From an uncultured delta proteobacterium (lineage in GTDB: Bacteria > Desulfobacterota > Syntrophia > Syntrophales > UBA5619): 64,000 bases of DNA. This document shows positions 20,933 through 30,506 of this stretch, in pieces. Made by a program: the position numbers and the translations under genes. Each line of letters begins with the position of its first letter. The first letter of the stretch is position 1. The stretch is from assembly GCA_963817385.1 (NCBI GenBank), contig CAWFOM010000031.1, positions 128,001-192,000 of the forward strand, read 5' to 3'. The notes under the pieces are model-generated. The model searched no databases. It was not told where the DNA came from and saw only the letters and a program-made list of their open reading frames with translations.

Positions 20933-22456
20933 ATGGAAATAGTGAATCTAATGATCGGGGGATTTCAGGCGGCGCTTTCCTGGACGAATCTGTATTACCT
21001 CTTTATCGGTGTGCTGTTTGGTAATCTCGTGGGTGTCCTCCCCGGCCTGGGGCCGGTGTCCGGTACCGTTCTTTTGATTCCATTTACCTTCCAGATGTCT
21101 CCCGCTACCGCCATCATCATGCTCTCCGGAGTTTATTACGGAGCCATGTACGGCGGATCAACCACTTCAATACTGTTGAATATCCCCGGTGAGTCCTCTT
21201 CCGTTATGACGGCGGTTGAAGGATATCAGCTCACAAAACAGGGCAGGGCAGGCGCCGCCCTCGGTATGAGCGCCATAACCTCGTTCGTTGCAGGCACGGC
21301 TGCGGTTGTAGGGTTGATGACGCTTTCTCCCGCGATGTCGAAAATAGCCCTTTCCTTCGGCCCGGTGGAGACCTTCGCCCTCATTTTTGCCGCTTTTACC
21401 ATCATTGCCAGCCTGGGTGGGACTTCGATCCTCAAGGGACTGGCCATGGGCGCACTCGGGGTCGTGCTGGCGACGATCGGCATAGAACCGATGGTTGCTC
21501 AGACCAGATTGACCTTCGGCCTGGAGCCTCTCGCCGGCGGGGTCAGTTTTGTGGCGGCGGCCATGGGGCTTTTTGCGCTTCCGGAGGTGTTCGAAAGCAT
21601 AGAACAACCGGGGCAGGTTGTTTTTAAAAAAGTCTCGCTCAGGTTGCGCAACCTCTTCCCCACGAAGCAGGATTTTATCGATTCCAAAACGGCAATGCCT
21701 ATGGGGGCACTGGTGGGCTTCATCGGCGGCGTTCTCCCCGGAGCCGGGGCCACCATTTCATCTTTTTTTGCTTATGGGATTCAAAAAAGGATATCGAAGC
21801 ACCCCGAATTGTTCGGTCAAGGATCAATGGAGGCGATCGCCTCGGTCGAAGGGGCCAATAATGCCGCCTCGACAGGGGCCCTGATTCCGATGCTGACATT
21901 CGGCATCCCCGGGTCCGGAACCGCCGCAGTGTTGATGGGAGCGATGATCATCCACGGACTTCAGCCAGGACCGCTTTTATTCCAAAACAGTCCTGATGTT
22001 GTCTGGGCCTTGATTGCCAGCATGTATCTGGGAAATATGATGCTGTTTATCTTGAATTTCCCGCTCATCGGAATATGGGTAAGTTGCATGCGGATACCGT
22101 CCCACATCATTATGACCGGAGTTTTGGCAATATCCGTGGCCGGTGTTTATGCGGACGCCAATTCACTGGGTGATGTCACTGTTTTGTTCGGTTTCGGCGT
22201 GTTGGGCTATATTCTGAAGAAAACTGATTTTCCGCCTGCGCCGATTATCCTGGCGTTGGTTTTAACCGAACAGTTGGAGGGTGCGCTGCATCGATCACTG
22301 GTGATCTCCGGCGGCGATTGGTCGATCTTTGTTACCCGACCCCTCTCGTTGATACTACTGCTGGTAGCGCTTGTCTCTATTATCTTGCAGCTGCCCGCAT
22401 TCGAGCGATGGGTCGGCCGGGTGAGAGAAATGGCAAGGCAGGAGGTGGGAAGTTAA
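20933..22456 (+). CDS. tctA: Tripartite tricarboxylate transporter permease TctA
   Basis: GVLPGLGP, YYGAMYGGS..SILLNIPG, EGANNA, PMLTFGIPGS. Confidence 0.93.
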   Translation: MEIVNLMIGGFQAALSWTNLYYLFIGVLFGNLVGVLPGLGPVSGTVLLIPFTFQMSPATAIIMLSGVYYGAMYGGSTTSILLNIPGESSSVMTAVEGYQLTKQGRAGAALGMSAITSFVAGTAAVVGLMTLSPAMSKIALSFGPVETFALIFAAFTIIASLGGTSILKGLAMGALGVVLATIGIEPMVAQTRLTFGLEPLAGGVSFVAAAMGLFALPEVFESIEQPGQVVFKKVSLRLRNLFPTKQDFIDSKTAMPMGALVGFIGGVLPGAGATISSFFAYGIQKRISKHPELFGQGSMEAIASVEGANNAASTGALIPMLTFGIPGSGTAAVLMGAMIIHGLQPGPLLFQNSPDVVWALIASMYLGNMMLFILNFPLIGIWVSCMRIPSHIIMTGVLAISVAGVYADANSLGDVTVLFGFGVLGYILKKTDFPPAPIILALVLTEQLEGALHRSLVISGGDWSIFVTRPLSLILLLVALVSIILQLPAFERWVGRVREMARQEVGS

Positions 22457-22526
22457 CAAACGGATAGTGAAACGAAACAAGCAACAGGAAGAGAAACTAA
22501 CAGACAAGACAAGAGGAGGAGTGCCG

Positions 22527-23519
22527 ATGAGATCCATCAAGACGTTTGCGAAAATTGGTTTTTGTTTGGTGCTGGTGCTGGCGGTGGGGAGTACGGAATT
22601 ATTGGCAGCAGGTCAAGCCAAGTTCCCGACGAAACCGATCATTTTCGTTGCACCCGGTACGGTAGGGGGAGGTTCCGACACCCAGGCCCGATTCTGCCAG
22701 GCGGCGATAGAAAAGAAAATAAAGATCAGTGAACCGATTGTCATTTTGAACAAAGGCGGACGGGGCGGCACGCAAGAAGCGTATACGTTTACCGAAGGCA
22801 AGAAGGGCGACGCCCATTACCTCCTCACCACGGCAAATCAGTTTCTCACATATCCGATGCTGGGCGGAGGATACAATACGAAAAACTTTACACCGATCGC
22901 CAATCTGGTTTTTGATCCCGGCGCCTTGGTAGCCAGGCCGGAATCACCGTACAAAGAGTTGGAGGATGTCATAAAGGCCGCCAAGGAAAAACCGGACACC
23001 ATCACTGTTGGCGGAGGTCAGCTCGGCACGCAGGATCATATGGCGCTTTTGACCCTTGAAAAGGCCGCCGGCATAAAGTTGCGCTTCGTTCCTTTCGCCG
23101 GGGGCGGTGAAATCCACAGAAATGTATTGGGCGGTCAAATCGATCTCGCTATGGGTAATCCGTCCGATTTCATGGCCAGCCTTGAAGGCGGGAAGCTCAA
23201 AGCGCTCGTTCTCACGACTCCGAAGCGAAGTGCTGCACCCGCTTTGGCAAATGTGCCAACGTTAAAAGAAAAAGGATTTGATACCAGCTTTGTTACCTGG
23301 CGAGGTTGGGTTGCCCCGGCAGGAATCAAGGCCGAACAGGTTAAATTCCTGGAAAACCTTTTCAAGGTTGTCATGGAAGATCCTGATTTTAATGATAACT
23401 ATATCAAAAAGAATGGTATGGTTCCGGCCTACATGCCCTCCGCTGAATTTGGACGCTTCATGAAAGAGCAGGCGGTGATTTATGAAGCGTTCCTGCGTCA
23501 GTCGGGCGTGCTCAAATAA
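22527..23519 (+). CDS. tctC: Tripartite tricarboxylate transporter substrate-binding protein TctC (Bug family)
   Basis: Signal peptide, FPTKPI..V.PG..GGGSD, VPFAGGG, VPTLKEKG, WRG. Confidence 0.9.
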   Translation: MRSIKTFAKIGFCLVLVLAVGSTELLAAGQAKFPTKPIIFVAPGTVGGGSDTQARFCQAAIEKKIKISEPIVILNKGGRGGTQEAYTFTEGKKGDAHYLLTTANQFLTYPMLGGGYNTKNFTPIANLVFDPGALVARPESPYKELEDVIKAAKEKPDTITVGGGQLGTQDHMALLTLEKAAGIKLRFVPFAGGGEIHRNVLGGQIDLAMGNPSDFMASLEGGKLKALVLTTPKRSAAPALANVPTLKEKGFDTSFVTWRGWVAPAGIKAEQVKFLENLFKVVMEDPDFNDNYIKKNGMVPAYMPSAEFGRFMKEQAVIYEAFLRQSGVLK

Positions 23520-23544
23520 TCTACGGCTCACCTTACAAAACACC

Positions 23545-23591
23545 AAGTGTTGCATTGATGATTGATGGCGAGTCAATGCAACACTTTTTTT
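23545..23591 (+). terminator. Intrinsic terminator after tctC
   Basis: Perfect 14-bp stem AAGTGTTGCATTGA/TCAATGCAACACTT followed by a T-run. Confidence 0.75.
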
Positions 23592-23726
23592 GATTGCCGG
23601 GAAGGTAAGCTTCAGATCAATGATGAGAAGATCGGGGAGTTTTGTTACGCTCAATCGCTGCCTGGTTGAAAAAAACGTCCCGATCCATGGATTTAGCAAC
23701 ATGCAGAAGAAGGGAGACGTCTAAAC

Positions 23727-24512
23727 ATGGAGATTCTTCTCCTCAAACCGTATGCAGCAAAAACGCAGGAATTGGAACTGTGCCGACAGGTCGCACGGCC
23801 GGATACCAATATTACGTTCGCGAATATTGCGGAAACATATCCCATACCTCATGTGCATCACAACTATTTTCGCTCAAAAGCGGTGGTAGAGGCCGTCGAA
23901 CAGATCCTTAAGGCTGAAGAAGATGGATATGACGGTGTCTGCATCGCCTGCGGTGCCGATCCCGCCCTGTTTGAGGCGCGCGAACTGGTTAAGATCCCGG
24001 TCACCAGCACCTTCGAGGCGGCGGGCCACGTTGCCTGTATGATGGGGCATAAGTTTTCCGTGATCACGACCACCGATTATGCGGTGCCCCAGATGGAAAA
24101 TCTGGCGTTGCTTTACGGATTTGGCCATAAACTTGCCTCTGTTCGGCATCTTTCCATTCCCGGCAGGAAACTCCGCAAGGAGGAGACTTCTGAGCAGATG
24201 GTGGTCGACAAGGTCAATGAAGTCGCTCGGTACTGCGTTGAGCATGACGGCGCCGAAGTCGTCGTCATTACCGCCACGCTTGCAGCGGTTCTTTTTTCCA
24301 CCAAAGAGGGGGGACCCATCACGGATATCGGGGCGCCCGTCGTCAATGCAATGCAGGTCGGACTCAAGATGGTTGAACTGATGGTTGACCTGCAGAAACT
24401 GGGCGGGCTTGCACCTGTCAGCCGAATCGGCATTTATAAGGAACCTTATGAGCCCGAATACCGTACGCTGCGGGAATTTTATAAACTTCCTCTGCGAAGA
24501 GGTTTGAAATAG
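23727..24512 (+). CDS. Asp/Glu/hydantoin racemase family protein (allantoin/hydantoin racemase-like)
   Basis: GYDGVCIACGADPALFEARELVKIPV, GHKFSVIT, DGAEVVV. Confidence 0.85.
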   Translation: MEILLLKPYAAKTQELELCRQVARPDTNITFANIAETYPIPHVHHNYFRSKAVVEAVEQILKAEEDGYDGVCIACGADPALFEARELVKIPVTSTFEAAGHVACMMGHKFSVITTTDYAVPQMENLALLYGFGHKLASVRHLSIPGRKLRKEETSEQMVVDKVNEVARYCVEHDGAEVVVITATLAAVLFSTKEGGPITDIGAPVVNAMQVGLKMVELMVDLQKLGGLAPVSRIGIYKEPYEPEYRTLREFYKLPLRRGLK

Positions 24513-24575
24513 CATCGGTGAACCTTCACCTTGTTCCCGGATAGAGAGATTCATCGTTAGCAGGGAGGATGGACG

Positions 24576-25586
24576 GTGAAACCGAACATATTCGTTACCC
24601 AGCCGATCGAAGAATCGGCTTTGAAAAAACTGTCTCAGTATATGCAGGTTGAGATATATCCGGATGCGATGAAAACGATCACAAAAGACTCTCTTCTGCA
24701 GGGGATCGCGGGGAAAGACTATCTGTTCTGCCGTCTGGGCGATCAGATCGATGCCGATGTCATCGGCGCGAATGCCCGGTTGAAGATGATAGCAACCATG
24801 GGGTCCTCTCCGTCGGGGATTGACATCACGACGGCCACAAAACTGAAGATCCCGGTGATCGGAAGAGGCGGTGCGAATCAACAGGGTGGAAGGAGCGCGA
24901 TCACGAACGAGACAGCCGATCTGACGTGGGCCCTGCTGATGGCGGTGGCCAGAAGGATTCTCGAAGGAGACAGGCTGGTTCGTTCCGGCGTTTTCCCGGG
25001 ACCGCATTCCCCGTATCTGCTGGGTGCGCAGGTCAACAGCAAGAATCTCGGGATAGTCGGCATGGGAAAGATCGGCAGGGCGATAGCAAAGAGGGCCTAT
25101 GGCTTTGATATGAAAATTTATTATTACTCGACGAGGCGACATCCGGATATTGAAGAGAAGTTCAACGCCGCCTTCTTATCCTTTGAAGATCTATTGAGAA
25201 ACGCCGATTTCCTCTGCATGCTTCCACCCTATACAGCCGCGACACACCATATGATCGGGGAAAAGCAGTTGAGGTTGATGAAACCGACGGCGTTTCTGAT
25301 TAACACATCGCGCGGTCCGGTCGTGGATCAAAATGCGCTGGTGAAAGCGCTCAGCATGAAAACGATTGCCGGGGCAGCCCTGGACGTCTTCGAGGGAGAA
25401 CCTCATCCCGAGCTACCCAAAGAACTGATCGCCATGCCAAACGTCGTCCTGACGCCGCATTTAGGGAGCGCAGTGGCGGAAAAACGCGAAATCATGACGA
25501 ATGAAATTGTCGACGAGATCATCGCTTTTTCCCAGGGGAAAGCGCCTTCTCACCTCTTTAACCCGGAAGTATTGAGGGTTATGTAA
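24576..25586 (+). CDS. D-isomer-specific 2-hydroxyacid dehydrogenase (glyoxylate reductase/D-glycerate dehydrogenase-like)
   Basis: TADLTWALLMAVARR, GIVGMGKIG, LINTSRGPVVD, LDVFEGEP, LTPHLGS; GTG start. Confidence 0.9.
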   Translation: MKPNIFVTQPIEESALKKLSQYMQVEIYPDAMKTITKDSLLQGIAGKDYLFCRLGDQIDADVIGANARLKMIATMGSSPSGIDITTATKLKIPVIGRGGANQQGGRSAITNETADLTWALLMAVARRILEGDRLVRSGVFPGPHSPYLLGAQVNSKNLGIVGMGKIGRAIAKRAYGFDMKIYYYSTRRHPDIEEKFNAAFLSFEDLLRNADFLCMLPPYTAATHHMIGEKQLRLMKPTAFLINTSRGPVVDQNALVKALSMKTIAGAALDVFEGEPHPELPKELIAMPNVVLTPHLGSAVAEKREIMTNEIVDEIIAFSQGKAPSHLFNPEVLRVM

Positions 25587-25734
25587 CATGCCATCGGGAC
25601 CTGTAAGGAAGCGAAAGCAGCGGTATGGGGAACCCATTCCTCCACATAACATTCAAAACAAAACTCTTGGAGGACGTATTGCTACCGAAAGAGAAGAAAA
25701 TCATCACCCGGCCTTCGGGTGTGAGAAAATCTTC

Positions 25735-25763
25735 TTGACAGATACGGACGCTTCTCTTATAGC
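25735..25763 (+). promoter_or_regulatory. Sigma70-like promoter upstream of the PAL-like gene
   Basis: TTGACA-17 bp-TATAGC. Confidence 0.55.
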
Positions 25764-25942
25764 CTCACCTCACAGAAGCGCACGTTCTCCGTGCCCCAGG
25801 CAAAGTTTGGCGAATCCAGTGGGTTGAGAAGCCACACGACAAAGTTAGCCGACCGTTAGAACCGAGTTTTGCACATATGCGGGTAATCGTATGAGCGAAG
25901 CGAAAACAGGACGACCGCGGGCCGTCACAAGGGGGATGCGAA

Positions 25943-26965
25943 ATGAAAAAGACAAGTTCTAAGATCACCGCTGCTACATGTTTGAAGTTCGAGGTGGACC
26001 CGTGGTTTCCCAAGCCGCTGCCCGAGGGGTGGGTAACCGGGCAGCTTTCCACCGTATGCGTGGACGCCCACGATCACATCATCGTCACCAACCGGCGAGA
26101 TTTATCGGCCGAGGTTATGGAGACCAGCGTTAATGCGCCTTCGGTGATCATGTTTGACCTTGCCGGCAACGTTGTCGAATCCTGGGGGACGTCGGAGACG
26201 GTTCCGGGGACCATCCATAGCTGTGCTGCCGATAGCGATAACAATATCTGGTTGACCGGCAACGGCGACGGCATTATCCAGAAGTGGAGCCACGACGGGA
26301 AGCTCCTGCTGCAGATCGGGGAACGGGGTGTTTTCGATTCGTCGGACGGGACTAGTAAAGGCAAGGCCTTGAATGCGAACAAGACGCAGTTTTTCAACCC
26401 GGCAGGTCTCACGATCGACCCGACCAACGATGACGTTTACGTTACCGACGGCTATGGCAACCGCCGCGTTGTGGTGCTGGATAAAAATGGGAAATTCCTG
26501 CGGCAGTGGGGCCGGCAGGGGACAACGGAGGAAATCAGGGACGGTAAGGGCGGCGTCTTTGCAAAGGTCGTTCATGGCGTTGCGATCAGCAACGCCGGCC
26601 TGGTATATATATCCGACCGGCAGGGGGATCGGGTGCAGGTGTTCGATAAGGAAGGTAATTTTAAAAGAAACATCTGGGTCAGAACGGGGACGTCCACCCT
26701 GCCCGATCCGCGGGGTACTGCCTGGTGGGTGGCGTTTTCGCCCGATAAGGAACAGAAGTACCTGTATGTGATGAACGGGCGCAACGAGGAGGTTCATATT
26801 CTCGATCATGCGAGCGGAGCTATTCTGTCGACGTTCGGCCGTCCGGGACACCAGTTGGGTCAGTTCACGCACGGCCACACGCTGGCGGTCGACAGCAAGG
26901 GGAACATCTATGTTGCCGAGACCAATGAAGGCCGGAGGATCCAGAAGTTCAAGCCCGTGGAGTAA
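25943..26965 (+). CDS. NHL-repeat beta-propeller, peptidyl-alpha-hydroxyglycine alpha-amidating lyase (PAL)-like
   Basis: NHL repeats with IHS, VTDGYGNRRV, VHG..ISDR, HGHTLAVDSKGNIYVAE; no obvious signal peptide. Confidence 0.8.
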   Translation: MKKTSSKITAATCLKFEVDPWFPKPLPEGWVTGQLSTVCVDAHDHIIVTNRRDLSAEVMETSVNAPSVIMFDLAGNVVESWGTSETVPGTIHSCAADSDNNIWLTGNGDGIIQKWSHDGKLLLQIGERGVFDSSDGTSKGKALNANKTQFFNPAGLTIDPTNDDVYVTDGYGNRRVVVLDKNGKFLRQWGRQGTTEEIRDGKGGVFAKVVHGVAISNAGLVYISDRQGDRVQVFDKEGNFKRNIWVRTGTSTLPDPRGTAWWVAFSPDKEQKYLYVMNGRNEEVHILDHASGAILSTFGRPGHQLGQFTHGHTLAVDSKGNIYVAETNEGRRIQKFKPVE

Positions 26966-27039
26966 TCCTCATCGATGGTGGCTACACCGTTTCGTATCTC
27001 ATACCCACAGGCAGTTTTTGATTTGAAAGGGAATACCAA

Positions 27040-28251
27040 ATGGACTTTGCGGTAGATTGGACAAAGAGAATAGATTTTGACCTGCTCCGTCAAACGAGGA
27101 CAGAGAGTTTGAACGAACAAATCAAGAAGCATGAGCTTGATGCGCTGCTCTGTTTTAAGGCGGAAAACATCCGGTATATGACCGGTTACCGGCCGTTGTG
27201 GTGGCCCATCTCTTTTCTCACGCGGAATGCGGGCATCATGGCCGCGGACAAGGAGCCCATCCTTTTCCCCACGAGCGGCTGTTATGAGAGATGCAGGGAC
27301 ACCATGTATTGGATGAAGAAGGATAATATTCGGCCTCTCGCTACCATGGAGGATCCGGGAATCGTCGATGTGGAGGTGAAAAAGAAATTCATCCCCGCGT
27401 TTGACGAGTTGGGGATTACAGGAGGCAGGATTGGAATCGATCATGTTTCTATGCTGACCCTGCTGAAGCTTAAGGAGGCGTTCCCCAAAGCCGAATTCGT
27501 CAACGGGGACCATTGCGTTTTAGATGCCCAGGTGGTCAAGAACAGCGAAGAGATAAAGTGCATGCGGGCATCGAGTCAACTGGCAGTGGTTGCCATGGAT
27601 AGAGCCATGAAAAAAATCGATGTAGGCGTTCGCGAGTGCGAGATACTGGCGGAGGCGATGCATTCCCTGTATTCGAACGGGATGGAGGTACCCCAGTGCA
27701 GTTTGATCGTGACCTCGGGAGACGGAACGGCACCCCTGCGACGGTTTGCTTCCGACAGGAAAATCAACTGGGGAGAGTTGGTCTTCATGGATCTCGGCGG
27801 CTGTTTCAACGGGTATTTTTCCGACTTCACGCGAACGGTGATTTTTGGCAAGCCGAACGAGCAACAGAAGAAGATTTATAAAGCCGTATATGGAATGATG
27901 AAAGAAATCCATAGAACAATGAGACCAGGCAATACCAACGCGGATGTGAATAATGCGGCGAGGCAAGTCGTTATTGATCACGGTTTCAAAGGGCGTGATT
28001 ATCTGGGTTTGCTGGGGCATAGCATCGGAGTTACGGGATTGACTTACCCTATTGTGGGAGAGGTTGCGGCGATAGGGAGCGAGAAAGAAGTGGAGTTACA
28101 GCCGGGTATGATTTTCAGTATGGAACCCGGAATTTTCATCCCCGGCACGCCGGGAGGCGGAGGTGTCCGGATCGAAGATACCATTCTCATCACGGAAGAG
28201 GGCAATGAAGTTCTCACGCAGACACCGTATGATGAAAATCTGTTGTCGTAA
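27040..28251 (+). CDS. M24 family (Xaa-Pro peptidase/creatinase-like) metallohydrolase
   Basis: Creatinase-like N-domain; MDLGG..GYFSDFTRT, GHSIG, MEPG, VRIED metal-ligand motifs. Confidence 0.9.
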   Translation: MDFAVDWTKRIDFDLLRQTRTESLNEQIKKHELDALLCFKAENIRYMTGYRPLWWPISFLTRNAGIMAADKEPILFPTSGCYERCRDTMYWMKKDNIRPLATMEDPGIVDVEVKKKFIPAFDELGITGGRIGIDHVSMLTLLKLKEAFPKAEFVNGDHCVLDAQVVKNSEEIKCMRASSQLAVVAMDRAMKKIDVGVRECEILAEAMHSLYSNGMEVPQCSLIVTSGDGTAPLRRFASDRKINWGELVFMDLGGCFNGYFSDFTRTVIFGKPNEQQKKIYKAVYGMMKEIHRTMRPGNTNADVNNAARQVVIDHGFKGRDYLGLLGHSIGVTGLTYPIVGEVAAIGSEKEVELQPGMIFSMEPGIFIPGTPGGGGVRIEDTILITEEGNEVLTQTPYDENLLS

Positions 28252-28282
28252 TCAACCGCGTTTTCTCTGAAATGAGAAACTG

Positions 28283-28915
28283 ATGAAGAGATTATATTAC
28301 TTAATTCTAATAATCCCGTTTTTCTTACCCGGATGTACAAGAAATATTAAAAATATTCCTACAGATGTTAATCCGACTGAGTCCATCATCGTTGGTCATA
28401 TAGAAACGGTTCCAGGCCTCAGGGAATTCAGCCTATATGAAGAGATCAGCGAAACAGAAGATCAAATCGAAATTGCAGGTATGGGTTACGGTTTAACCAA
28501 AGCGAGTAAATTACAGAACCAAGGTTATCTCTTTAAGATTGTCCGTCCAGGCACCTATATTCTGCGCCTTCAAAAAATGATTGGGGGGAAATATGATCAC
28601 GATAACATATTTCGGTTTGAAGTTCCGGAAGGAAAGTTGGTTTATTTTGGTACCGTCAAGGTAGTGATTGACAATGTCTTAGGGCCATCTCTTCGAAGAG
28701 ACAACATGCAATCCAAGACATCTATCATGTTCAAATATCATTTTGTAGGCATTAATGAAGATGAAACACTGAAACATTTTGAAAATCAATACCCCCAGGC
28801 TTACTCATCCTATAAAGACAAAATTATACGGCTTCCGCCTTCCTCGCGGCCTACATATATGACATTACTTCCTACTGATCGTTGCTCGGACTATCACGTA
28901 GCCTTGTCATTTTAA
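28283..28915 (+). CDS. Hypothetical lipoprotein
   Basis: MKRLYYLILIIPFFLPGC lipobox-like signal; AT-rich 210-aa ORF. Confidence 0.6.
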   Translation: MKRLYYLILIIPFFLPGCTRNIKNIPTDVNPTESIIVGHIETVPGLREFSLYEEISETEDQIEIAGMGYGLTKASKLQNQGYLFKIVRPGTYILRLQKMIGGKYDHDNIFRFEVPEGKLVYFGTVKVVIDNVLGPSLRRDNMQSKTSIMFKYHFVGINEDETLKHFENQYPQAYSSYKDKIIRLPPSSRPTYMTLLPTDRCSDYHVALSF

Positions 28916-28977
28916 TGCCGGCACCAAGTGACCACCGCCGTTGCTGCTGAGACATAATATATTGTGTATCGATTTGC

Positions 28978-29012
28978 AAAAAAAAGCAGTATCGTTTCCG
29001 ATCCTGCTTTTC
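28978..29012. terminator. Bidirectional intrinsic terminator between convergent genes
   Basis: A-run + GCAGTATCG-tttc-CGATCCTGC + T-run. Confidence 0.65.
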
Positions 29013-29034
29013 TGCCGTTAGTATTAATCCGGAT

Positions 29035-29814
29035 TTACTTTATGAATCGCCTGATTCCCGTAATACCCATCAAACCGAGGCCAAGAAGCAGTATCGTGGT
29101 TGGTTCGGGAATCTTTGCAAATTCAGTCGTGGCCGGTTCGGGAATCTTTGCAGACTCAGTCGTGGCTGGTTTGGGAATCTTTGCAAACGGAAAGGCTAAA
29201 TACCCGAAATTATCCATTGAATTCAGATCCGCAATCGAGAAATTAAACGATCCGCCTTCCGCCGTATCGAGGTCATGATAATAATATCCGCTAACTGTTG
29301 TAAATGCATCTTCCGATGCATCGTAACCGCCAGTTGAGCTGTCGCTCGGGGAGGCGACGAAGATATTATCAGTGGAATCATTTGTCGCTTCAACGTGTAT
29401 TTCCCACAACCGGTCCTGCCAATTGCTCCAATTGAAGGAATCGCGCTCAAAGGCCCCGTCTAGCAGGGTTATTCTGTAGGTCCCGGGGAGACCCGACAGA
29501 GAATCCCCGAGCAACTGATCAAAAGACCGGATGTTGCCGGCGGATTCTATTTCAGACCAGTAGGCAATGTTTCTTGCGGTCGCGAAGCTGCTAAAATCAC
29601 TTTTCAAAGTCCAGTCAGCGGTGTCAGCTGAAACCGTATGAGGTACATTGTCAATATCCACACTTCTAGGATAGGCTTCTTCGCTCAGGTATTGACCGGA
29701 ATTCTCTATGGCATCAATAGTGATCGGCACGACGAAAGCCATATCATCAGCAATCCCCATGGAGAGAAGAACAAACATCACGGTTATTAGATATTTTTTA
29801 TAAAAAGGCATCAT
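29035..29814 (-). CDS. PEP-CTERM sorting domain-containing surface protein
   Basis: N-terminal hydrophobic signal; C-terminus IPEPTTILLLGLGLMGITGIRRFIK. Confidence 0.88.
   Translation of the reverse strand: MMPFYKKYLITVMFVLLSMGIADDMAFVVPITIDAIENSGQYLSEEAYPRSVDIDNVPHTVSADTADWTLKSDFSSFATARNIAYWSEIESAGNIRSFDQLLGDSLSGLPGTYRITLLDGAFERDSFNWSNWQDRLWEIHVEATNDSTDNIFVASPSDSSTGGYDASEDAFTTVSGYYYHDLDTAEGGSFNFSIADLNSMDNFGYLAFPFAKIPKPATTESAKIPEPATTEFAKIPEPTTILLLGLGLMGITGIRRFIK
29094..29187. repeat. 33-bp tandem repeat (~3 copies) within the PEP-CTERM gene
   Basis: Unit TCGTGG.YGGTTYGGGAATCTTTGCA encodes AKIPKPATTES/AKIPEPATTEF/AKIPEPTT. Confidence 0.9.
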
Positions 29815-29892
29815 AGCTAAATTCTTTTACGCATCAAATAGGGGTGCGGCCCTTTCTCCGAGCTGTCAGACACTTCCAATATTTGTTTACAT

Positions 29893-29920
29893 AGTATAAT
29901 ATTACATTGAAAAATGTCAA
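29893..29920 (-). promoter_or_regulatory. Sigma70-like promoter of the PEP-CTERM gene
   Basis: Minus strand TTGACA-16 bp-TATACT. Confidence 0.6.
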
Positions 29921-29953
29921 GCAATTTTTAAATTTCTTTCCGTATCAAGAGAT

Positions 29954-30451
29954 TTAAATCAGGTAAGATTGTAAAGTCTTGTAGCTACTGAAATCAGAAT
30001 CAACAAAAGAGGCCCCTAACTGATTATCTTCTGTGCTGGTAATTACGCGGTGGGGTCTGCATTTGATACTGATGGGTCTCTTTTCGTTGGGTAGCGTGAA
30101 GATAGCCTCAAACTCGTCGTCTTGACCGCCCATAGAAGAAATCTTGTCACCATAACCATTCGATAAAGAGATCCGCATGCCTCCCAGAGAGATATCCAGG
30201 ATGGTTCCTGCCTGCAATTGGCTGGCTTCGGCGTCCGGATCGCGAACCACTACAGGAATGTTGACCCCCTTCCTTAAAAATCGCCTTTTTTCTTTCCCCG
30301 TGCTCGCCAGGGCGTTATTATCCTGCAAGTAGGAAGTGATGATATCTTCGATGACCAAAGACATAGAACGCTTTGTCTTGTGGGAGATTGTTTCCAGAGC
30401 AGTCCGAATTTCTTGAATGGTCCGGAAACAAATGGTAATGTCTTTCCGCAT
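29954..30451 (-). CDS. PilZ-domain protein with an N-terminal ribbon-helix-helix-like segment
   Basis: c-di-GMP motifs RRFLR and DISLGG; N-terminal ITICFRT strand + EIRTALETIS..KRSMSLVIEDIITSYL helices. Confidence 0.8.
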   Translation of the reverse strand: MRKDITICFRTIQEIRTALETISHKTKRSMSLVIEDIITSYLQDNNALASTGKEKRRFLRKGVNIPVVVRDPDAEASQLQAGTILDISLGGMRISLSNGYGDKISSMGGQDDEFEAIFTLPNEKRPISIKCRPHRVITSTEDNQLGASFVDSDFSSYKTLQSYLI

Positions 30452-30506
30452 ATATGATTCCCGCCTGTTTCGTAAAATTAATTCCTATTGTTTACAATGC
30501 ATAAGA

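Noticed and set aside
25600..25630. AAGGAAGCGAAAGCAGC resembling SRP RNA helix 8 or a c-di-GMP riboswitch tetraloop
   Set aside because: Required flanking helices and conserved residues are not evident
29094..29187. 33-bp repeats as a CRISPR array
   Set aside because: No spacers, in-frame within a coding gene, no cas genes
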